Shown here one piece after another: positions 55,117 through 62,773 of a stretch of 64,000 bases of DNA. The translations under genes and the position numbers were made by a program. The notes under the pieces are model-generated. The model was not told the origin of the DNA and made no database searches. It was given only the letters and a program-made list of their open reading frames with translations. Within the stretch, counting starts at the first letter, position 1. Each line of letters begins with the position of its first letter. The stretch is taken from positions 4,590-68,589 of IMG/VR virus record IMGVR_UViG_3300006169_000166. The stretch is one strand, 5' to 3'. This stretch comes from a virus. Lineage: Duplodnaviria > Caudoviricetes.

Positions 55117-57309
55117 TTATCCGAGCCGTTCGGCGAGATCCTCGATGCTGAGCGTGCCCGACGCCGGTTCGTCGCCCATCGGCTCCGCCGCGCTGTCCCC
55201 GGGACGCACGATCATGTCGTTCCTGTCCCAGTCGGGGTTCGCCCACGGCGGCGGCCTGGTCCAGTCCATATGCTCGAGCCTGACCTGCTGCGTCGAGCAG
55301 ATGCCGACGCAATAAGCGAGAAGGTCGAAGGCTTCGTTCTTCCTGCGGCTCGGGTTCTCCCAGCCGCGGGTCGTCCGGACTTCGGTCGTCAGCTGCGAGT
55401 AGAGCCAGCCGGTGTCGATGACCTGGTTGTCCGGGGCATGCCAGATCGGGAAATGCACCTGCCCGCCCGGGTCGGTGCGGCCGAGCATGTTCGACACGCG
55501 GTCCTTGACCTTGTTCGAATTGACCAGCCACACCGGGACGTCGCCGCGTGCGATCGCGAACTTGCCCTTCTGCCCGCTGTCCGGGAAGGTGCGGTGCATC
55601 TCCGGCGCGGTCGCGCTCGGCGCGCCCTTCACCAGATGGAAGCGCAGGTGCGAACCGTCGCCGCGCTTCTTCAGCCGCCGCCAGAACTCGTAGGCGTTGG
55701 CCGTCACGCTGACCTTCGGCCCGTCCTCGTCGCGCGCCTGTTTCTTCGCGTTCGCCGACGCGGCTGCGCCGCCGGAGTCGCAGGCGACGATCTTGACCCG
55801 CATCTCCCGGCCCGACCCGTCGGCGAGCGGATAGGTGCGCAGCAGCGCCTCGTCGACCAGGCAGTCCCAGTCCTCGGGATAGGAGGCGGGGTCGATCAAT
55901 TTGCGCTCGCCGTCCTCGTCCATGCGGCGCGACTTGCGGATCTTCCACATGTCGACGTGCCAGATGTCGGCGGCAGTCGGGACGATGCCGTCCTGCAACT
56001 GCTCCGGAGTGACGCCCGGACCGATGCCGTAGGTATGGCAGACGAACGACGGCCGCCCGCCCGCCTGGACGTCGATGGTGGTGACGAGGAAACCGACCCC
56101 CGGTGGAACTTCGCCCTTGTCGGAGTAAGGCTGCGCGCGCTCGCGCAATTCTTCGGGCAGCCGTCCGGCTTCCGATGCCTTCGGCGTGTAGGGCAGGCCC
56201 TGGTCGACGTTGACCGTCACCTTCAGCGCTTCCTCGCTGCCGGTGCGCTCATATTCGTCCATCGCGTTCAGATATTTGAGCACCAGTTCGGGCCAGCTGA
56301 TGAAGGCGGCTGCCACGCCCTTCAGCCAGAAACTCGCAATATCCGAACGCCGGGCGATCCCGGACACCGAGCCGTCGGCCTCCCAGGCCTGCCCTTCCTT
56401 GATCCACCTGCCGCCCTGATTGAGCTCGTGCTTCATCTCGGGGTCAATCGGAAAGCCGCAGTGCGGGCATTCCATGACCACCTGGGCCGCCGCGTTCATC
56501 GGATCAGGAAGCTGAGGCCAGCGCAACAGCTTGAAATCGCCCTCGAACGGGTCGTTGCATTGCGGGCAGCGCCAATACCAGCGTCGCCGGTCGCCGCGGT
56601 TGTAGAGGGCGAGGATGCCGGTCGTCGGCGGCGCTTCGTGCGGACTCGTCGGCATCCACTTGGGATTAGTGACTTCGCGGCCCGGCGAACCCTCGCACGC
56701 AGTCATCCCGAAACGGCGATACGTCTGCGCACGCTTGCGGGTAAGGTCGAACGGGTCGCCTTCCTTGTCGACATTGTCGGCCATGCGGTCGCGGTCGAAC
56801 AGCCACAGCTTGCGGATCGTCTTGCCCGAAAGTTCGGTGATGGTCGGCCATTTGATGAGCAGACGCATGCCCGACAGGAAGCGCTTGTCGTGGACGTTGT
56901 CGTTCTGCCGCCCGGGAACCAGCCGGTTGCGAACGTCCTCCGAGTAGCGGAGCATCCGGGCGAGATCGCCTTGCGACCAGTCGCGCGCGGTGTTCTGCGT
57001 CATGTTGACGAACATCATGTCGGCGGGATCGCAGATCGTGGTGTAGGCCAGCCAGTTGAGGGCCATCACCGATTTGCCGGAGCGGGCTGGCCCCGCGAAG
57101 ATTTCTCCGGTGAAATCCAGGCTCTCCAGTTCGTTCATCGGCTCGATCAGATAGGGCGTCCGCTCGAGCGAGAACGGCCCGACATGCGTGCCGGGGTTGT
57201 TGACATAATGGTAGCGCTCGGCGGCCTGGCTGACCGTCAGCCGTTCGGGCGGGCGCACTGCCTCGGCCGATGCGACCATCATCTCCTCGATGGTGTGGAA
57301 CACGCGCAT
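55117..57309 (-). CDS. Terminase large subunit (gpA family)
   Basis: GPARSGKS, DRDR, CPQC/CPHC, TIDVQ, NEAFDL. Confidence 0.93.
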   Translation of the reverse strand: MRVFHTIEEMMVASAEAVRPPERLTVSQAAERYHYVNNPGTHVGPFSLERTPYLIEPMNELESLDFTGEIFAGPARSGKSVMALNWLAYTTICDPADMMFVNMTQNTARDWSQGDLARMLRYSEDVRNRLVPGRQNDNVHDKRFLSGMRLLIKWPTITELSGKTIRKLWLFDRDRMADNVDKEGDPFDLTRKRAQTYRRFGMTACEGSPGREVTNPKWMPTSPHEAPPTTGILALYNRGDRRRWYWRCPQCNDPFEGDFKLLRWPQLPDPMNAAAQVVMECPHCGFPIDPEMKHELNQGGRWIKEGQAWEADGSVSGIARRSDIASFWLKGVAAAFISWPELVLKYLNAMDEYERTGSEEALKVTVNVDQGLPYTPKASEAGRLPEELRERAQPYSDKGEVPPGVGFLVTTIDVQAGGRPSFVCHTYGIGPGVTPEQLQDGIVPTAADIWHVDMWKIRKSRRMDEDGERKLIDPASYPEDWDCLVDEALLRTYPLADGSGREMRVKIVACDSGGAAASANAKKQARDEDGPKVSVTANAYEFWRRLKKRGDGSHLRFHLVKGAPSATAPEMHRTFPDSGQKGKFAIARGDVPVWLVNSNKVKDRVSNMLGRTDPGGQVHFPIWHAPDNQVIDTGWLYSQLTTEVRTTRGWENPSRRKNEAFDLLAYCVGICSTQQVRLEHMDWTRPPPWANPDWDRNDMIVRPGDSAAEPMGDEPASGTLSIEDLAERLG

Positions 57310-58064
57310 CAGGCGGCCAGCAACCAGAGGACGGACAGTCTTGCTGCCGCCTGGTTGATAAAGCCGTCGATTCGGTCGAGGCTGTTCATATCCTCTATTC
57401 GTTCGCGCATGATCGCCGCCCGCATGCGCTTGCTTTTCGGTTGATAGGTGCCTCGCCAAGCGCTGTCGGAGATGATGTTCATAGCGATGTTCGTGCTGTC
57501 ACCGGAGGCGAGAGGGAGCTGCGTGTAGATGGCCGGGTTCAGCATGCGCAGGCCATGCACCTTGCAAATCGGTCGCCCGCGCTCATCGCAGATCGAACGA
57601 ATTGCCTCTTTGGCTCGAGGTAGGAATTTGCTCGGCGTGCTGACATCGTACTCCCCGCTGGAACCGATGCAGACGCGAGGATAGGCTTCAGCTAGGCGCC
57701 GAAAGCGCTCAAGGCTCTCGTTGATGTGCCATACCGGCGCACCGACGTGTCGGTCGAAAGGGAAATCGGTTACGAGCGCGTCATTCTCGGCTTCAGAGCC
57801 GTCGATGACATCTGGGATAACCGCGAAATCAAAGCCTGGATGCCGATGCCATTCCTGAACGAACGCATAGAAACCGGGCCAATCAACGCGGGTGCCAGCT
57901 TTCCAGAAACTGAATGCGCCGTTGTCCAAGAAAAAGGACTGACACAGGGCGGCGGCCAATCCGACCTGTTCTGGACGCGCGTAGGACACGCAGGCGTGTC
58001 CGCCCTTCCAAGCTGCGATTGCCGCCTCTTCCGGCCAAATAGGTCCGCCGTGATAGTGAATCAT
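57309..58064 (-). CDS. TGT/DpdA-like putative base-exchange (transglycosylase-fold) protein
   Basis: FLDNGAFS, PDVI, PVWH, GSS, HGLRM, SGDST mirror TGT/DpdA motif spacing; fold is inferred. Confidence 0.55.
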   Translation of the reverse strand: MIHYHGGPIWPEEAAIAAWKGGHACVSYARPEQVGLAAALCQSFFLDNGAFSFWKAGTRVDWPGFYAFVQEWHRHPGFDFAVIPDVIDGSEAENDALVTDFPFDRHVGAPVWHINESLERFRRLAEAYPRVCIGSSGEYDVSTPSKFLPRAKEAIRSICDERGRPICKVHGLRMLNPAIYTQLPLASGDSTNIAMNIISDSAWRGTYQPKSKRMRAAIMRERIEDMNSLDRIDGFINQAAARLSVLWLLAA

Positions 58065-58315
58065 TACGTCGCTTTCCGCGGCCTGCCGCGTGGACGCAGG
58101 AGGCCCTGCGCGCGCAACTCTTCTCGGCGACGCATCTTCCGCAAAGTCCCCCGGACGCCGTCCGGAGTGCCGCCGATTTGCCGCGCAATCTGCTTGAACG
58201 ACAACCCTTCCGCTCGAAGGCTTTCAGCCCTCTGACGGCGCTCGGCGAGAATGGCCGCGCCTTCCGCAGTCCACCATTGAAGCTGCTGAAACTCGGTTAG
58301 GTTGCGAGCAATCAC
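58064..58315 (-). CDS. HTH protein with AT-hook-like tail
   Basis: GLSFKQIARQIGGTPDGVR; RPRGRPRK. Confidence 0.7.
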   Translation of the reverse strand: MIARNLTEFQQLQWWTAEGAAILAERRQRAESLRAEGLSFKQIARQIGGTPDGVRGTLRKMRRREELRAQGLLRPRGRPRKAT

Positions 58316-58665
58316 TCCGACACCCAACTACCGAAAATTCGCTCTAGGGGACGGGCACAGTCGACCTGAATACATCCGGGCAGCTGGGTTCCGATGTGCG
58401 CGGCGAGATTTTCTGCAAGTTGTAGGTCGTCGGCCAGAAACGTGTGGTCAAGAGTCTCGCGCACAGTTTCCACTTGGCGCTGCAGCGCTCGAGCGTCATG
58501 GCCGAACCGATACCACGCTGTCACCTCATAGGAGTGACCGTGAGGCGTCCCTTCCGGACTGTTGTGTCCGACGCTCAGCACGAAGCCGACGCCCGTCAAC
58601 TTACGTCCGAACGAGCGGGGTGGCAGCCCCGCTCGCGAACGCTCGTGATCTATCCAATCAGTCAT
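58312..58665 (-). CDS. QueD/PTPS-like T-fold protein
   Basis: GH...HGHSYEV and LDHTFL; AENLA; the Cys normally preceding HGH is absent. Confidence 0.7.
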   Translation of the reverse strand: MTDWIDHERSRAGLPPRSFGRKLTGVGFVLSVGHNSPEGTPHGHSYEVTAWYRFGHDARALQRQVETVRETLDHTFLADDLQLAENLAAHIGTQLPGCIQVDCARPLERIFGSWVSE

Positions 58666-58912
58666 GCTGAGCCGGATAGTTCTGCGGATTGACCAAACAA
58701 TCACGCAGGTCGGCTGCCATCTGCGGGTTCTCCGCCTCAATGCTCGCCGCATAGGCTGAGATTGCCGATGCGGCGTGGCGGTCGCTGCCATCGTAAGCGA
58801 TGACTAGGTAGCGACGGGACGAATCGATCGCCTTCCCATCGGTACGGGTGACGCGAAACCTGTCCTCGAAACCCCCGCTTCCGGCGCGGCTTGCTGCTAC
58901 TTCTTCGGTCAT
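58658..58912 (-). CDS. Hypothetical protein
   Basis: YLVIAYD.SD.HA..AI.AYA...NPQMAADL. Confidence 0.7.
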   Translation of the reverse strand: MTEEVAASRAGSGGFEDRFRVTRTDGKAIDSSRRYLVIAYDGSDRHAASAISAYAASIEAENPQMAADLRDCLVNPQNYPAQHD

Positions 58913-58936
58913 TTCACTTCTCCTTCACTGTCAAAA

Positions 58937-59641
58937 TCACGAAGTCGCGCCCTCCCCGCCTTCATCATATTCGGCGGCGATGCTCCTGGTCGTCGACCGC
59001 TCGGGGGCGCTGACGAGCAGGGCGTGGAGGTCGTTCTGGAGGTCATTCTGCATCTGGACGAAGCGGGCATATTGCTCGTCGTCGAGCTTGCAGACCTCGC
59101 GCATCGTCTCGGCCCACAACTGCACCCGGTCCTTGATCAGCATACAGGCGTCGCCGAGCCGCGCGAGCACGTCCTCGGTGCGCCACGCCTGCCCTGCCTC
59201 GAGCATGAACTTGAGGCGGATGCGCTGGGCTTCCCAGAACATCTTGTTGATGTGGTTGGGCAGCTTCGCGGGGTCGAGCGACTTGATGTAGGCGTCGAGG
59301 TCGATCTTCGGCTCGACCAGGTAGCTGCACGCTTCCTTGAAGTCGTAGAGCTTGCGAGTCTGGACGCCCGAGCCGACGAAGCCGACCGGCTTCACCGTCA
59401 ACAGGCGCTTCTTGACCGTCGCCGGGTCCATGTCGAACACGAGCGCGAGGAAATTCTGCGTCACCGGCCGCTTGAGCTCGCCACCGTCGACGAAACTGCC
59501 CTTGCCGCCTGCCACCTGCTTCAGGATCGCGTTGATTTCGTCCTCGGACGTGTCGGTGCGGCGCGGCAGTCCGCCGGTGTCCGCCGCCGGTGCAAGCTGC
59601 GAGCCGTGACCGATGATGGTGTCGATGTCGTTCTGGTTCAT
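58937..59641 (-). CDS. Terminase small subunit (DUF1441-like)
   Basis: VFDMDPATVKKRL, K.FWEAQ..RLK....AG..W..EDV; position. Confidence 0.85.
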   Translation of the reverse strand: MNQNDIDTIIGHGSQLAPAADTGGLPRRTDTSEDEINAILKQVAGGKGSFVDGGELKRPVTQNFLALVFDMDPATVKKRLLTVKPVGFVGSGVQTRKLYDFKEACSYLVEPKIDLDAYIKSLDPAKLPNHINKMFWEAQRIRLKFMLEAGQAWRTEDVLARLGDACMLIKDRVQLWAETMREVCKLDDEQYARFVQMQNDLQNDLHALLVSAPERSTTRSIAAEYDEGGEGATS

Positions 59642-59645
59642 CGGG

Positions 59646-61878
59646 TCAGCCGATCAGCGCGCGAAACGGCTCGAGGTTGAGCCACCACTGGATGCGCGCG
59701 CCGACCCAGAGCATCACATGCGTCGCCATGCTGTTGCCGCACTGCTTGTAGCGCGGGCCGTCTGCCGCCATCAGCCACCAGCCGCCGTTCGGGTCCGGCT
59801 CCCACATGTCGTCGGGGCGCAATGCCGTGACTTTCTTGGCAGGGTAGAACCGCACAGGGATGCGGGTCCAGTTGTCGGGGAATCCCTGAAGGCGCTCGCA
59901 CTCGGGGGGCATGAGCCTGCGAACGGCCATGTTGGGCGCGGTGAACCAGCCGTCGACGGTTCCCCCGCCGTTGGATCTCGAGGAAATAATCGCAGGTGCA
60001 TGCCCTCCTGCCGCGAGCGGGTGGCACGGGTCACCGGGTTGCGGGTTGCTGTAATTGTCGGGGGACGGCAGTTGCGTCGTGTCGAAGGGAGTGACTTCGT
60101 GGCATACCGCTTGCGGCACCGTCCGCGCCTCTAACGTGTAAGCGGTGCCGTCACCGCGTACACCCATTCCGTCCGGCCCGGCATTCGGATTCTCGCACAC
60201 CGCGCGCTCCTGAATCGCGTAGGCGACGGCGCTCGGCCCGCTGACATCCAGTGTCGGCGCGAGATGCTCGTCGACCCCGATGCCGTTAGCGCCGGTCTGC
60301 GCGGTGCGGACGCTGTAGGCGACTGCCGGCATCACCCCGCCGTTGGCGTGACTGTCGCTATGCCCGCCCGAACGCAGGGTCGGCGACAGGTCGTCGGACG
60401 CGTCCTGCCCGTAGTCCTTCGCAGTGGAGGCGACGCATGGCGCTCCGCCGGAAGCACGGTCGCTGTTGCCCGTGAGCGTTCCGGAAATGTGGTTATCGAC
60501 GGCGACGTTCGACCCGCGCCCCTGGAATCCGATCAAATGACTGAACGGATCGGTTCCGGTCGTCAGGGCATCGACGCGATCTCCGGTCTCCCACGCCCCG
60601 TTGTTGCCGGAGGTTCGGTAGGCGACCGGCACAATCGGTTGCCCGCGCCCAGTGCCGTCCTCACTGGCGTCGAAACCTTCGGCTTTCAGGCAATGCGTCA
60701 CGGGTTCCGTGACGCATTGAGGTTCCACGAACTCTAATTTCTCTTCCTCGCCGCAGCGCGGACACTCATAGGGCGCAAGGCCGCCGATGTCGCGGCCGTG
60801 GAGGTCGAGGAACGGGCCTTCGCCGCATTCGAGGCAGCGGAGAAGCGGTGCGGCTTCCACTTCGTGCGACACGATCAGACTGTCCGCCGTGTCGACGTCA
60901 GTTCCGGGCGGGCGGTCACCGCCGGTCGCATTGCCGCCGGCGCGCAACGTGGGACTGACCTGGACGGGAGCTTCATCGAACCCGCCTCCGAGCATAGGGA
61001 TTAACGTCTCCGTCTCGGCATCCCGACGGCCCATCGCCCCCGCGTTGAGACACATCGAAATTTCGGTATGCCCCCCCCGGAACCAGTGCAGAAGTCACCC
61101 GATTAGTGAGTCGAACTCCTGTTGCAGCGGGCACGACGTGCCCGCTGCAAGCACCGTCGGTTCCGAGGAAGCCACCGCCGTCAGTGCGCGCATCAAGAGT
61201 TCCGGCAACGTCTTGCCCCTTTTCTCGGCTCGGCGGAGAATCCCGGCGCACGCCGTCGAACTCAAGTAGAATCTCTCCGGGATCGAACCCGTCACGAGCA
61301 CTTGCGACAAGGGTGATACGCTTGCGGCGTTGGGAAAGGCCGAAATATTGGGCATCAAGGACCCGCCACGCGATTGCCCTTTGGGGTCCAAGCACAACAC
61401 CAGCGTCCGGCCATCTTTTCCCTGACGGCTCGAGCGGCTCATCTTCTCCGGCAAGCGCTGCAAGGAAATTGCCGAACGGATTGTCCTTGTGGCTGAGGAT
61501 TCCCGGTACGTTTTCCCAGACGATGACACATTCGGGCTTTCCGACCGCTCGGCGAGCGCTGTCGATAGCATCGGCAATCTCCACGAAACTGAGGGTGAGC
61601 TGTCCGCGCGGGTCGGCCAATCCCTGGCGACGGCCCGCGACTGAGAAGGATTGGCAGGGCGTACCGCCAACAAGCACGTCAGGCGCTTCGACCACGCCTG
61701 CTTCAATGAGCGGCGCGATCTGCGTCATATCACCAAGGTTGGGGACGTTCGGCAAACGATAGGCGAGCACCGCTGACGCGGCCGCATCCACCTCTGAAAC
61801 CCAGGCGGTTTCCCAGCCTAACGGATGCCATGCGACAGACGCGCTTTCGATGCCGCTGCAAACACTGCCAAAGCGCAT
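59646..61878 (-). pseudogene. dcm: C5-cytosine methyltransferase split into two frames at a G8 tract
   Basis: Motifs I/IV/VI/VIII (SVCSGI, GGTPCQ, WENV, QRRKR) in 60973-61878; IX/X (RRLMPPECERLQGFP, YKQCGNS) in 59646-61055; 2233 nt, and G8 to G7 at 61071-61078 gives one ORF. Confidence 0.82.
61095..61706 (-). CDS. Alternative-frame ORF nested in dcm (M.EcoHK31I beta-like)
   Basis: LSQVLVTGSIPERFYLSSTACAGILRRAEKRGKTLP; start uncertain. Confidence 0.55.
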   Translation of the reverse strand: MKQAWSKRLTCLLAVRPANPSQSRAVARDWPTRADSSPSVSWRLPMLSTALAERSESPNVSSSGKTYRESSATRTIRSAISLQRLPEKMSRSSRQGKDGRTLVLCLDPKGQSRGGSLMPNISAFPNAASVSPLSQVLVTGSIPERFYLSSTACAGILRRAEKRGKTLPELLMRALTAVASSEPTVLAAGTSCPLQQEFDSLIG

Positions 61879-62285
61879 CAGCGGCACTCCATGCCGAGAT
61901 ATGCCGCTGCCGCAGCGCGCCAAGGTAGATCGTCCCAACCTCCGAGGCGCAGATTGCACCGCCTACACAGGAGACCTCGCACCTTACCGGTGTTGTGGCA
62001 GTGATCGACGTGCAACTGCTCCGGTTCAACACCACAAATCTTGCAGCATCCCATCTGCTCTTGCCCAAGGCGCTGGTACTCAGCCTCGGTAAGCCCATAG
62101 CGCCCCATCAGGTGCCAACGGCGCTTCTGCTCCGGAGAATAAGATCGAGGTTTCACGTTACGCGTGATTCGAACACGCCTATTGGCGCAAGACGCGCAGT
62201 AGGAATGGCGGCCTTGTCGTCCGGTTGGCTGACTATGGAAGTCGGCAAGCGGCTTAGTCTGCTGGCACGTCGAGCAGCGCTTCAT
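61878..62285 (-). CDS. Recombination endonuclease VII-family HNH nuclease
   Basis: CSTC, CASC, CKICG, LHVDHCHNTGKVRGLLCRRCN. Confidence 0.9.
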   Translation of the reverse strand: MKRCSTCQQTKPLADFHSQPTGRQGRHSYCASCANRRVRITRNVKPRSYSPEQKRRWHLMGRYGLTEAEYQRLGQEQMGCCKICGVEPEQLHVDHCHNTGKVRGLLCRRCNLRLGGWDDLPWRAAAAAYLGMECR

Positions 62286-62545
62286 CCGATCAACCCCTCG
62301 AGTTCGGGGTCGAGACCGGGTTGAAGCACCGGCGCACCTTCAACCTCCTCAGCCTGCCAGTGGCGCACCTCGGTGGACAGCCAGAAGCGGCGGCCCGGGT
62401 TGTTGCGATAGGAACGAGACCGCGGGAATTTCCCGAGGCTCTGCTGCCGGTAGATTTCCGTCCGCGAGAGGCCGACCTTCTGGATCACCGTTTTCAGCGG
62501 CCAGAACTCGACATCGTCAGCGGCCAGTTGCTCTGCTGTGCTCAT
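62282..62545 (-). CDS. AlpA-family excisionase/regulator
   Basis: VIQKVGLSRTEIYR....GKFP, WLSTEV..W. Confidence 0.88.
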   Translation of the reverse strand: MSTAEQLAADDVEFWPLKTVIQKVGLSRTEIYRQQSLGKFPRSRSYRNNPGRRFWLSTEVRHWQAEEVEGAPVLQPGLDPELEGLIG

Positions 62546-62577
62546 CACCCCGCCCGTCCAACTCAACCGTTGCGTGT

Positions 62578-62624
62578 GTTCTAATCACGCGAAAGTTGAT
62601 TTGCAAGCGGTGTTTCGATATTCA
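62578..62624. promoter_or_regulatory. Overlapping divergent promoters with palindromic operator
   Basis: Minus: TTGCAA-N17-TAGAAC with TCAC-N7-TTGA (62585-62599) in the spacer; plus: TTGATT-N17-TATTCA. Confidence 0.55.
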
Positions 62625-62735
62625 GCTTGGGACAGCATGGGACGACCTCACGGCGTCCTGTCCGGTCAGCGATGGAGGTGGTTATGAAGCGCTAATGGCT
62701 CGGCATCCGGAGGCCCACCGGACTTAAACAATCAC

Positions 62736-62770
62736 AGCCCCGGCCGCGAACCCCGCCGCCGGGGCTTTTT
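62736..62770 (+). terminator. Rho-independent terminator facing the integrase 3' end
   Basis: AGCCCCGG/CCGGGGCT stem plus T-tract on the plus strand. Confidence 0.75.
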
Positions 62771-62773
62771 GCT

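Noticed and set aside
57309-58912. Complete 7-deazaguanine biosynthesis pathway
   Set aside because: folE, queE and queC are not present in the window; only a partial cassette is supported
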